From assembly GCA_019058315.1 (NCBI GenBank), contig JAHPZH010000004.1, positions 288,001-352,000 of the forward strand: a DNA stretch of 64,000 nucleotides, in the 5' to 3' direction. Below, in pieces: positions 1 through 9,187 of the stretch. Numbering within the stretch: the stretch's first letter is position 1; each line of letters starts with the position of its first letter. This stretch comes from Candidatus Helarchaeota archaeon. Its GTDB lineage: Archaea > Asgardarchaeota > Lokiarchaeia > Helarchaeales > RDOG01. The translations under genes were made by a program, and so were the position numbers. The notes beneath the pieces are model-generated. The model ran no database searches. It had not been told where the DNA came from and was given only the letters and a program-made list of their open reading frames with translations.

Positions 1-501
1 ATCTAATAAGGTAGGTAAATGAAGCAGTCTTAGTGTATGACCCGTAGGAGCTGTATCAAAGACTATTTTATCATATTCAGGTGTAGTTTCTATGAATTCA
101 AGAACTTTGGAAAAAGCAAGCGTTTCATCTGTGCCAGGTGGAGTCATCGATTGTAAATCATCGAGTCCTTCCATCATAAATCCAACTTCTTTAGGGATTT
201 CCACATCAGATTCTTGCATTGTCTTCTGATATTTTGAATATTCTTTCTTTGGATCCATTTCAAAGCCATATAACCCCTTCACTCCTTTTATTGGAACGAT
301 CTCGCCACCGCTTAAATCTTGATCAAAACTATCACTTAATGAATGTGCGGGGTCTGTGGATAAAATAAGAACTTCTTTTTTAAGATTTTCAGCCATCCAG
401 ACCGATGTCGCAGCAGAACAGCTAGTTTTACCAACTCCGCCTTTACCTCCAAATAATAGGAAGCGTAAACTTTTCTGTTTCACTAAATTTTTAAGGGACA
501 T
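1..501 (-). CDS. ArsA/GET3 (TRC40) family ATPase, 5' part; runs off window start
   Basis: Manual translation from ATG at 501: MSLKNLVKQKSLRFLLFGGKGGVGKTSCSAA...STDPAHSLSD...PGTDE...FDTAPTGHTLRLL. Shows the deviant Walker A, switch I and DTAPTGH motifs. Not in the ORF track because it is truncated. Confidence 0.93.
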   Translation of the reverse strand, partial: MSLKNLVKQKSLRFLLFGGKGGVGKTSCSAATSVWMAENLKKEVLILSTDPAHSLSDSFDQDLSGGEIVPIKGVKGLYGFEMDPKKEYSKYQKTMQESDVEIPKEVGFMMEGLDDLQSMTPPGTDETLAFSKVLEFIETTPEYDKIVFDTAPTGHTLRLLHLPTLLD

Positions 502-581
502 TTTCTTTTACCTACTAAATAAATAAATTAGATTTACATTTTGGTATAATATTATATGTTAATTTTAATAAAAATATGATT

Positions 582-1022
582 TTATTGATAAAAGAACATA
601 AAAAAAATCATTGTTCCTAGAATAGCTATTAGAATAATCAGCCAATATTCATATTTATAACGCCATAACCCGATTAATAAACACCCAAAACCGGCAGCAT
701 AAAGAATATAGAAAGCTAATCTATCATATATTGTCACATTATATCCAACGAGAGACCCAAAGATGTTATAAGAAGCGACTGGAACAAAAGGATAAGTACC
801 TTGCCAGAAAGAGATTAATAGAAAAAATACGACACATATAAAAACTAAAAAGCCAAAAAAACCTATGCCATCTACTCTGGGCTCCCCTTCCTTCAGCTCG
901 ACTTCCTCTTCTTCTTCTTCCTCCTCCTCCTCATCTAATTCTTCATCTTCTTCCTCTTCATCAATATCTTCTTCTTCAGAAAGTTCCGATTCCTCATCTT
1001 TTGAGTCTTTAGGCTCATTCAA
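582..1022 (-). CDS. Hypothetical membrane protein with acidic N-terminal tract and ~3 C-terminal TM helices
   Basis: Poly-E/D N-terminus followed by hydrophobic segments; co-oriented directly upstream of GET3/ArsA. Confidence 0.7.
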   Translation of the reverse strand: MNEPKDSKDEESELSEEEDIDEEEEDEELDEEEEEEEEEEVELKEGEPRVDGIGFFGFLVFICVVFFLLISFWQGTYPFVPVASYNIFGSLVGYNVTIYDRLAFYILYAAGFGCLLIGLWRYKYEYWLIILIAILGTMIFFMFFYQ

Positions 1023-1139
1023 AGTTAAATTTCATCCTTTCAAAATGTAAAAATATTTTATAATGTTAATATGGAGAAATTATTTTAACTGTTTTCTCTC
1101 ATGTTGAAAAAGATAAAATAATTTAATTGAGGGCTAATT

Positions 1140-1832
1140 TTGGTCAATAAAGAAAAATGTAAATTGACAGCTGCGAGAGCTGCTGTTGAATATATTAAAG
1201 ATAATCAAATTGTTGGTATCGGGTCGGGTTCTACTATAGCTCATGCAATCCATTGTTTAGGAGAAAAAATCCAAAGTACAGGAATAAAAATTATGGCAGT
1301 TCCCACCTCATATCAATCTGCTATGCTATTAACAGAATATAACATTCCAATTACTACTTTAAATGAGCATCCAGTTCTAGATATCGCGATCGATGGAACT
1401 GATGAGGTGGACCCAAATTTTAATCTTATAAAAGGTGGAGGTGCGGCGTTAACTCAAGAAAAAATAATTGATTCTGCTGCCAAGAAATTAATAATAATTG
1501 CTGATGAATCTAAAAAAGTCAAATTTTTGGGGGAAAAGACCGCTTTACCGATAGAAGTTATTCCCATGGCACTTAAAACAGTAACAAATAAGATAAAAGA
1601 ATTGACTACTGAGATAAAACTACGGATGGCGGTTAAGAAATTAGGACCTGTAGTAACTGATAATGGTAATTTCATTATAGACGCTCGTTTTTCAAAAATT
1701 AAAGATCCAGAATCACTTGAGAAAGAATTAAACGTTATTCCAGGTGTTGTTGAGAACGGATTATTCGTAAATATGACAGATATTGTAATAATTGGTCAAG
1801 AAGATAAAGTGGAAATTTTAGAGAAAAAATAA
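1140..1832 (+). CDS. rpiA: Ribose-5-phosphate isomerase A
   Basis: GIGSGST, DGTDEVD, IKGGGAALTQEKI, VVTDNGNFIID and PGVVENGLF motifs. Confidence 0.97.
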   Translation: MVNKEKCKLTAARAAVEYIKDNQIVGIGSGSTIAHAIHCLGEKIQSTGIKIMAVPTSYQSAMLLTEYNIPITTLNEHPVLDIAIDGTDEVDPNFNLIKGGGAALTQEKIIDSAAKKLIIIADESKKVKFLGEKTALPIEVIPMALKTVTNKIKELTTEIKLRMAVKKLGPVVTDNGNFIIDARFSKIKDPESLEKELNVIPGVVENGLFVNMTDIVIIGQEDKVEILEKK

Positions 1833-1840
1833 GTTGAAAA

Positions 1841-1951
1841 TGGCGGACTCGCTGGGATTTGAACCCAGGATTCCAAACTTAGGAGGCTTGTGCCTTATCC
1901 ATACTAGGATCAGAGTTTTCTACTCACTGGATCTTGCTAGGCTACGAGTCC
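1841..1951 (-). tRNA. tRNA-Arg(CCT), CCA-encoded, with 33-nt intron in the D-loop
   Basis: Reverse complement folds as acceptor GGACTCG/CGAGTCC-G-CCA, D-stem GCCT/AGGC, anticodon arm CAAGC-CT CCT AA-GTTTG, T-arm CTGGG-TTCAAAT-CCCAG. There are 33 extra nt inside the D-loop. Confidence 0.93.
1902..1934 (-). other. Non-canonical tRNA intron (position ~17/17a) with bulge-helix-bulge motif
   Basis: CTAG-CAA(bulge)-GATC...GATC-CTAG-TAT(bulge). Cutting after nt 2 of each bulge gives a normal D-loop, AGCATGGATA. Confidence 0.8.
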
Positions 1952-2026
1952 TTCTTTTCTATTATTTGTAATAATATTAATCAAGATTTAAAAATTTTTT
2001 ATAAGGTATATTCTTATTGAATATAA

Positions 2027-2560
2027 ATGCAATCAAAAATTAAAATAATTCTAGCTACTGAAAAACATCTCGAATCAATAGATGAGATGTATAAGGCATG
2101 TATAAATGATTTAAATGATAAAGGGTTACTCCAATGGGATGAAACATACCCCAATAGAGAATTCTTTCTAAAATGGATAAATAATAAAGAATTATATATT
2201 TTAATGACCGAATCAAAAATAATTGGAGCTGTTGCATTAAATGAAGAACAAGCTCCTGAATGGAACTCAGTAAAATGGAAAAATAAGAAGGGCAGAGATC
2301 TTGTAATTCATGCCCTTGCAATACATCCTGACTTTCAAAATAATGGATATGGAAAAATAATTTATAATTTCTGTGAAGATTTTGCAATTAAAAATACTTA
2401 TAATGGAATACGTTTAGATGCCTTTTCTGAGAATAAAAATGCATTAGAATTTTATAAGAGAAAGGGATTTGAGAAAACAGGAGAAGTTTATTTTACATTT
2501 AAACCTAAAGGGCACCAATGTTATTTTTGTTTTGAAAAAATTTTTGATAATAAAGAATAA
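2027..2560 (+). CDS. GNAT family N-acetyltransferase
   Basis: IHALAIHPDFQNNGYGK (motif A) and N..ALEFYKRKGF (motif B). Confidence 0.92.
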   Translation: MQSKIKIILATEKHLESIDEMYKACINDLNDKGLLQWDETYPNREFFLKWINNKELYILMTESKIIGAVALNEEQAPEWNSVKWKNKKGRDLVIHALAIHPDFQNNGYGKIIYNFCEDFAIKNTYNGIRLDAFSENKNALEFYKRKGFEKTGEVYFTFKPKGHQCYFCFEKIFDNKE

Positions 2561-2627
2561 AAACTCTAGAATCTTATTAATTTAAAATTATCTAATTAAT
2601 TTTGATTTTTGATAAGAGCATAGAACC

Positions 2628-2705
2628 ATGTTACATTCATTATTTATTTTAAGGGATAACGGCGTTTGGGTTTACTACAACCATTATTTTTTGAAAAGAG
2701 TTTAG
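2628..2705 (+). pseudogene. Displaced 5' stub of the longin-domain gene (attL side of integrated element)
   Basis: Translates MLHSLFILRDNGVWVYYNHYFLKRV*, matching VLHSLFILRENGICVFERHW at 41112. Confidence 0.8.
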
Positions 2706-2851
2706 CCCCAAAATCAAGGAAATCCAAAAAAGCATAAAAAAAGTTTCCCAAACCACAATACCAAAAAATCAAAAATCGTTCACACTTTAAAAATTTTGAG
2801 ATTTTCATAAAACGAATTAGAAAAAAAGAGATAAAAGAAAAGTAAAAAAAT

Positions 2852-4981
2852 TTAGAATTTCAAAAATAGATATTCAACAAGTAGCAATAATTTCATAATT
2901 TGTCGGTATTTAACAACAGTCCTTCTACTACATTTATGTTTCTTCACTAAAGCACTAGCTTTAACATTCTTATTATTCTTTATTATGTCATGACAATCCT
3001 TCATTAATTCCAAAACATTTGACTTTTTTCCCATTCTTCCGTTTAAAGTGTTAAACTTTATTTTGAAATCATCCTTCAAAATCTTGTGCAAATAGCCATA
3101 ACTTACATCATGTTTTTCAGCAAACTTAACCCAATGTTTTTTCTCATTTGGAATTTCCTTCAATTTATGCTGTTTATTTACTTTTGTATTTAACTTTATT
3201 TCTATATCGTTAAAAAGTTCTTTTCTTTGTTCCTTTGATAACCTTTTCGACTTAGAATAATTTAGACCTCTAAATTTCTTTTTAGGAAAATAATTCTTTC
3301 GAATTGTTGAAATGTATGCTTCTGAAGTTTCAAATTGCTCTGCAAATTCTTTTTGATTTAGTTCTAAGCCATTATCTAAAATCCTTTGTAGTTCTTTGAT
3401 TATTTCCTCATTTTTATTATCCTCAGTAAATTGATTATGATATCTCTTTTTGATATAATTGTTGTAATGGTTTATATAATCGAAATTATGCTCATTTAGA
3501 AAATAATGTGTTATTGCCTTAGTTCTCCTATCCTTGAATAAAACTTTGGTTTGCCATTTCCAAGAAGCATAAATCTGTTTTGTATTTTGTAACTTATCAT
3601 AACTCTTTCGCATAGTCCTACTAACCTCTTTGTAAGTTGTATGCCCCATTAAAGCTATTGCCTCATCTGGATTCAAATGATGTTTGTGAAAATCTGAACC
3701 AATAACATACCTAATGTCATGATAATTCACCCATTTCTTTGATTGTTTAATTAATTCCTTTGGTTTAAAATTGAAATATCTCAAAAATTCATCTAATTCC
3801 TCAGATATTGCGTAATCTGTTAAGTAATATTTCTTTGAAACCTCCCGTAAATACACGTTTAAACTGTTTTCATACATTGCTTGTTCTAACTTAAATGGAG
3901 AAAATATTACATGCCTTATCTGAATCTTTGGGTTTAATTTTCCATTGATATACCTAATTCTATTTCTTGTTTTCATGGTAACAAAGCCCAATAATTTCAA
4001 TAACAAGATTAATTTGTATTCAAAGCCCTGAGGTTTAAATTCCTGAAACCTAGCCCTCGATTTACATTGAATGTTGCCATTTTTCAAAGAATCAATGTAA
4101 TATCTAATTTCCTTAAGAATGTTTCTTATAACCGGATGAATGTAAGAAAATTTCAATCCTCTTGGTTTTTTCTTATAAGAGATTACCCAATCATCTTTTT
4201 TCAAAAACCATAATTCTTTCTCATCAAATCTTAATTCGTTTATCAATTGTTCCTTAGTGTAAATATTCTCCCATTTTAACCGGCAAATTTCAATCCTTCT
4301 ACTACAAAAAGCCAAATTCATCATGAATGAAGCTAAATGTAACAAAGTTTTCAAATGAATCCCGCGTACAGTTTTTTGATCCTTGCTTTTCTTTAGTTCA
4401 ATTTCCGATTTATGAGCTAAATAGTCATCAAAGATACAATTTAGAGTTTTCATCAATAAATTTAGATTGTGATATTCTCTTTGTTTTCCAGATTCATCAA
4501 TGTCATAAGGTAATTCAAAACCCTTCATTACAAATTTCTGTAAATCCTCACTTTCAAAGAAACCTAATAGCAAAGAATAAGCCCTTGTTAAATAAGTTCT
4601 AATGGTTGTAATGTTCAATAGCCCTACTTTATTTTTAGCCATTAACCAATTATAATATTGATTAATTACTTGTTTATCAATTTCATGAACATAGTTTAAA
4701 CCTAAGTGTTTTTTTGCAAAAGTACAAATCCCATTTTTATGGTAAATTTGTTTTAATGCTTTTAATGAACTTGGTTTTCGTTTATTTTTGTAAATTCTCT
4801 TATATTCTGTTAATGCTTCATCTAATCGGATTTGTCTATAATCAGTTTTAAATCCCATTTCTTGAAAAGATTCTTTGAATGTATCTTTGAGAAAATCTTT
4901 GAATAACATAGCTTTCTCATCTTTGGATAAATCTTGTAAAACATCAGCAGTTTTTTTCTTTGGAATAATTGCATTAGCCAT
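2852..4981 (-). CDS. Tyrosine recombinase/integrase with long C-terminal multi-HTH extension
   Basis: Catalytic R (CSRRIEICRLKW), K (KKKPRG), HxxR (YHDIRY), H (LMGHT), Y (RKSYD). C-terminal HTH-like segments; located at the element end. Confidence 0.85.
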   Translation of the reverse strand: MANAIIPKKKTADVLQDLSKDEKAMLFKDFLKDTFKESFQEMGFKTDYRQIRLDEALTEYKRIYKNKRKPSSLKALKQIYHKNGICTFAKKHLGLNYVHEIDKQVINQYYNWLMAKNKVGLLNITTIRTYLTRAYSLLLGFFESEDLQKFVMKGFELPYDIDESGKQREYHNLNLLMKTLNCIFDDYLAHKSEIELKKSKDQKTVRGIHLKTLLHLASFMMNLAFCSRRIEICRLKWENIYTKEQLINELRFDEKELWFLKKDDWVISYKKKPRGLKFSYIHPVIRNILKEIRYYIDSLKNGNIQCKSRARFQEFKPQGFEYKLILLLKLLGFVTMKTRNRIRYINGKLNPKIQIRHVIFSPFKLEQAMYENSLNVYLREVSKKYYLTDYAISEELDEFLRYFNFKPKELIKQSKKWVNYHDIRYVIGSDFHKHHLNPDEAIALMGHTTYKEVSRTMRKSYDKLQNTKQIYASWKWQTKVLFKDRRTKAITHYFLNEHNFDYINHYNNYIKKRYHNQFTEDNKNEEIIKELQRILDNGLELNQKEFAEQFETSEAYISTIRKNYFPKKKFRGLNYSKSKRLSKEQRKELFNDIEIKLNTKVNKQHKLKEIPNEKKHWVKFAEKHDVSYGYLHKILKDDFKIKFNTLNGRMGKKSNVLELMKDCHDIIKNNKNVKASALVKKHKCSRRTVVKYRQIMKLLLLVEYLFLKF

Positions 4982-4982
4982 T

Positions 4983-5186
4983 TTATTTAACCTCCATATT
5001 AATCTTTTTTAATATATCATTCAAATTCAACTTATTTTCTTGGTATAGCTTAATCTCATTATTGGATAACCTATACAGAATTTTGTCTTTCGACCTCTTA
5101 CGGATTCTATCATACTTATCCACAATGAGATAGCCATAAACCTTTTCTTTCCAATACACAAGTTTAATTCTTACCGAAATAGCCAC
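4983..5186 (-). CDS. Small basic hypothetical protein (possible excisionase/recombination directionality factor)
   Basis: 67 aa, basic, 1 bp upstream of the integrase start. Function is a guess from position. Confidence 0.55.
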   Translation of the reverse strand: MAISVRIKLVYWKEKVYGYLIVDKYDRIRKRSKDKILYRLSNNEIKLYQENKLNLNDILKKINMEVK

Positions 5187-5219
5187 CTTCTTAAAATTTT
5201 TTTATTAACCATTTTGTAA

Positions 5220-5293
5220 ATATACGGAAATTATATTTTATAAATATTTCCGCATATCATCAGAAAACCGATTAAATTAACGATATACGGAAA
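5220..5293. promoter_or_regulatory. Three copies of the ATAT(A/G)CGGAAA motif, two as an inverted repeat around a TATA-like box
   Basis: ATATACGGAAA 5220-5230, TTTCCGCATAT 5247-5257, ATATACGGAAA 5283-5293, in a divergent intergenic region. Confidence 0.6.
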
Positions 5294-5421
5294 ACCTCCT
5301 ATCTCATTCAAAATCAAAAAATGGGAATTTCTAATCAAAATGGACACTTTTCGATTAATCGAAAAGTTTTTGTTTCAAGCTTACAAGATATATAGTTAGT
5401 TAGATTCAGGATCTGCTATCT

Positions 5422-5958
5422 TTGGTATTGATGATTTATTATAGAGATAAAAAAACAGGCATGGTTTCGGCTTTAAAGAAATATGCTGGAGAAAAGTTGA
5501 TCAATAAGCAACCGGAAGGTGAAGGACTTATCATTATCTATTGGCTTGGAGGTAAAAGGAAATATCCAAAGATTAAGGGGAAAGGAAAGGCAAAGTCAAG
5601 AATAACCTATATCGGAGAATGGGAATATTTCAAACCAATTCCATACAATTTAGCCAAAAAAATTAATTATAAAATCATAAATGATGAGATTATAATGAAA
5701 AAAATAACTGATAAAAAAGATATTCTAACAAACTTTGCTTTAAACTGCATTGATTTATATTCCGGTAAAAAACTATCAGATGAGTTGAAAGAGGGGATAA
5801 AAGAAGAATTCATTGACTTATATAACGAATTGAGGAAATTGATAATCGAACCTGCTGACTCTCCAAAAATTTATGATTCAAAAATACTAAAAAAGCAGGA
5901 TATTACTAAAAAAATTAAGGCACAAGATAAATGGGATGAATATATTCACGGTACTTGA
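5422..5958 (+). CDS. Hypothetical protein, basic beta-rich N-terminus (possible DNA-binding)
   Basis: 178-aa ORF; IYWLGGKRKY...ITYIG pattern resembles three-stranded DNA-binding modules of archaeal MGEs. Confidence 0.6.
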   Translation: MVLMIYYRDKKTGMVSALKKYAGEKLINKQPEGEGLIIIYWLGGKRKYPKIKGKGKAKSRITYIGEWEYFKPIPYNLAKKINYKIINDEIIMKKITDKKDILTNFALNCIDLYSGKKLSDELKEGIKEEFIDLYNELRKLIIEPADSPKIYDSKILKKQDITKKIKAQDKWDEYIHGT

Positions 5959-5959
5959 A

Positions 5960-6148
5960 ATGACTGAAAGTAAAAAAGATATTTTGGTAAGATTAATAGA
6001 TATCGAATTCGAATTAAACGCTACTAAAAAAATAGTTAAGAACTTAGAAAAAAAGATTGATGGATTAGTCGAATTATTGAAAAAATTCATAATAGTTAGT
6101 GAATCATTCCAAGCTTGTAAGGAATCTCTAGCAGAATTCGAATTTTGA
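5960..6148 (+). CDS. Small coiled-coil hypothetical protein
   Basis: ATG at 5960, 1 bp after the previous stop (ORF track start 5936); heptad pattern. Confidence 0.55.
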   Translation: MTESKKDILVRLIDIEFELNATKKIVKNLEKKIDGLVELLKKFIIVSESFQACKESLAEFEF

Positions 6149-6326
6149 AATGATTTAATTTCTTTTATCAGATTTCAATTGTCCAGGATTATTTATTTTA
6201 AAAATAGGTAATAATAATTATTAACTCACACAAAATCTAGAGAGATTTTGAATTAAAATATAGGAGATAGAAAAGATTAAACCTTCAAATACATATCTAT
6301 TAGATATAAAAGAATACTTAAACGAT

Positions 6327-7007
6327 ATGGTAATAATTTTTCCTAATAATAAACTTCATAATGCCAATCTAAAAATTTTAAATTCATTTTTAGAAGTGAA
6401 AAATCGTAAGAAACCCTTTAATTGTCAAAAATGTGGATTTTGTTGTTATTTTGATCCAAAAAGGGAATCAAAAGCCGGAATTACACTTCTTAAGGATGAA
6501 TATAAATTCTTTAGGAAATTAGCTGAAAAAGAGCAAATTGATATAAGATTAGATCATCGTGAGAGAGGATTCTTTTCATATTCATCTATTGATGAACCTC
6601 AATATTGTTTTTTATTTGATAAACAAAATAAGCTTTGTAAAATTTATGATAAGCGACCATTATATTGTAAACATTATCCATTATATCTTATGGATTCAAA
6701 TCCAATATTTGATAAAATTAGGATAAATCAGTCTATAATTTTTTCTTATATTCTTATTAATACAGTTTATTCTTGTAGAGAAATTAATCGTTTGTATGGA
6801 AAAAGCACAAAAATGAATTTATTTGAACTATATCTAACTTTAGATTTCTATTTCCCATCAACACTTCTAAATGATTTAAGAAAATTAGCAAAAATATATG
6901 AAAATGAATATTCAGATTTAAATGTAAAAGTAATTCTAAATTTTGAAGACTATATTGAGATTATATATAAAAATTACGTTGGAAATAAACCAGAATGGGA
7001 AATTTGA
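6327..7007 (+). CDS. YkgJ family (CxxCxxCC) cysteine-cluster protein
   Basis: FNCQKCGFCC...CFLFD...CKIYDKRPLYCKHYP signature. Confidence 0.88.
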   Translation: MVIIFPNNKLHNANLKILNSFLEVKNRKKPFNCQKCGFCCYFDPKRESKAGITLLKDEYKFFRKLAEKEQIDIRLDHRERGFFSYSSIDEPQYCFLFDKQNKLCKIYDKRPLYCKHYPLYLMDSNPIFDKIRINQSIIFSYILINTVYSCREINRLYGKSTKMNLFELYLTLDFYFPSTLLNDLRKLAKIYENEYSDLNVKVILNFEDYIEIIYKNYVGNKPEWEI

Positions 7008-7035
7008 ATAAATTTTTTCCCTCATTCAATATCAT

Positions 7036-7248
7036 TTATTTCTTCTCCCAAAAATAAAACTCGATAGCATCTCCCAGACTTTTAATCTTATTCTCAATCA
7101 AATCCTTTAACTCGGTAAGAAAATTTCTTAATTCAAAATTCTCATCAGTAATTTTTTTGCAAAAATCAACAATCTGATTATTTTTAACCCTTCTCCTGAC
7201 AAACTCTTCAAACGATAATTTCTTTTCATTTTCATCCATGTCGAACAA
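7036..7248 (-). CDS. Small coiled-coil hypothetical protein
   Basis: 70-aa ORF with plausible composition, converging on YkgJ. Confidence 0.5.
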   Translation of the reverse strand: MFDMDENEKKLSFEEFVRRRVKNNQIVDFCKKITDENFELRNFLTELKDLIENKIKSLGDAIEFYFWEKK

Positions 7249-7849
7249 CTCTTAATTATTGAGGGAAATCAAAAGTTTGACCAAATCGGGAACACTAAAG
7301 TTCTTGATAGACAAATTTACTTAACAAATGAAAATATTAAGCAACCTAATAAAGTTTGTGGAGTATCTGATAAGTAATAAGTGGAGAATCAGAGTATCTC
7401 AAAAGTATCAGAGAGTTAGAGTATTGTGAAAGTAAAACGGTAAATTTTAAAAAGAAGATTTTCTTGTTTTCTAATATATTATCTGGTTTATATAAAAACC
7501 CGACAATATATTAGTAAATCCCCAAACCACCGTTGGATCCTCAGATATTGAATTATTGAATTTCCCCTGTCACTTTTCAAAGTTAAAATTTCAAAATATG
7601 TTTCAGGACATCACAAATTTTAATTCTCAAAAACCCTAATATCATCAGATTAATTGCAAAAATTGGATATACAAACTTAATTTCATTATTTTAATTTCTC
7701 GGTTTAATTAAATCATTTTTTTTAGTTATAATAAGTATTTAATTATTTAAATAAGAATAATATCAAACAATAAATAGGTAAAATCAAAATTTTTTTTTGT
7801 CATTAATGTAAATAATAACTATTGTAATTTTTGGGAATTTGGTGAGATT

Positions 7850-9187
7850 TTGTCGAAACGATTATCATTGGAAGTAAAATCGATTAATGATTTGAAAATT
7901 CTTGATAAATACCCTCAATACTGGAAGGATATTACATCATTTTTAGTAATTAGCTCAAAAACCCTATCAATAAAAGATAAACAAGGTCTAATAAAAAGAT
8001 TAAAACAAATTAACATACCAATTCATGTTGAATCTTATTCTTGGTGGTTCACACATCCAAGAACTAAACAGAAATTATCAGATCCCGATAATAACCCAAA
8101 TTTTGAAAAAAACCCAAATTTATTATTTGCTATTCAAAATATCTCTGAAGATTTAATCTTAGAAGGATGGGAATCAACAATTCTCCATGATAAAAATTTT
8201 GATTGTATTGATAATTGGATAGGATATCAACGAAACTTGAATAAAAATTTTAGAAAAAAACAACAATCCCTAAATAAAATAAAATCTTTACGCTCAAGAT
8301 TAGTTAAAAAAGATGATGCGTGTGCTGAACTTGAGTCATTTTCCCTTCCATATATTCCAATTATCGATATTTCAGGTCATAAAGAAGAAGTAACAAATGC
8401 TATAAATGCAAATATTGAAATTATTAAATATTTCAATAATAAAAATACTCAAACATTTAAGAAGCAAGTGTGCCCATCAATAGTAATTAATTTTAAAGCA
8501 ATTGAATGTAAAAGTCTAGAAAAATTGGTAAATTTGATTAAAGATAATTTTGAAATGTGCTGGATTTGGTTCGTTGATATAGACGATAGAAAACTTCCAG
8601 AAATTGATATAAGAAAATTATGGAAATATATCAGATATCTAAATAGAGGGAGTAAAAAAATCTTTAGACTAAGATTGGGAGGATTTTTATCCCATAGATT
8701 CTTAAAAAATGAATTTCCATCAATTTGTTCTTTCATAGATGGTTGGGGTGCTTATAATTTTACACCAAATTATTATCAAGATGAAGAAGATATAACTTAT
8801 TATGGAAGAAAGAGACATGTTTTCTCCCCACAATTAGGAAGATTTGTTTCAGGCAATACTTTAAGTAAAGAGTTAGAGCAGAAAAAATGTAATTTCAAAT
8901 GTGATTGTTTTGCTTGTAAAAAACTAATTGCGGAATCAAAATTAACAATTCCAGAGATGGAGTATAAAAGAAATGAAGCTAGAAAAGAAGAGAAAAGATT
9001 GAACATAGAGTCAGTTGGTGTATCCCAAAATAAGCAATCAGAATTTTTAAGACTTCATGGTATGATATGTTTTTATAATTTATTAAAAATTAGTGATAAA
9101 GAATTCAGTAATCTTGAAAAAAAGTGGGTCAATCCAGGATTAAAAAAATGGAAAATCATAGAAAAAGAAATGAGTAGAGGTGATTAG
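7850..9187 (+). CDS. Hypothetical protein, possible TGT-like/beta-protein-like TIM barrel with CxCxxC...H Zn site
   Basis: Alternating beta/alpha pattern; CDCFAC followed later by LRLHG near the C-terminus; no DSGG motif. Confidence 0.5.
   Translation: MSKRLSLEVKSINDLKILDKYPQYWKDITSFLVISSKTLSIKDKQGLIKRLKQINIPIHVESYSWWFTHPRTKQKLSDPDNNPNFEKNPNLLFAIQNISEDLILEGWESTILHDKNFDCIDNWIGYQRNLNKNFRKKQQSLNKIKSLRSRLVKKDDACAELESFSLPYIPIIDISGHKEEVTNAINANIEIIKYFNNKNTQTFKKQVCPSIVINFKAIECKSLEKLVNLIKDNFEMCWIWFVDIDDRKLPEIDIRKLWKYIRYLNRGSKKIFRLRLGGFLSHRFLKNEFPSICSFIDGWGAYNFTPNYYQDEEDITYYGRKRHVFSPQLGRFVSGNTLSKELEQKKCNFKCDCFACKKLIAESKLTIPEMEYKRNEARKEEKRLNIESVGVSQNKQSEFLRLHGMICFYNLLKISDKEFSNLEKKWVNPGLKKWKIIEKEMSRGD

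Noticed and set aside
865-1050. Poly-Ser ORF on the + strand
   Set aside because: Antisense shadow of the poly-Glu tract in 582-1022.
1841-1890. tRNA-Arg 3' end as the integration site of the element
   Set aside because: No copy of the tRNA 3' sequence was seen near 41 kb or inside the element, the GNAT gene intervenes, and the duplicated longin start explains both ends better.
7850-9187. Calling this a true tRNA-guanine transglycosylase or DpdA
   Set aside because: Catalytic DSGG-type motif not seen and no dpd/que genes nearby; only the Zn-site pattern matches.
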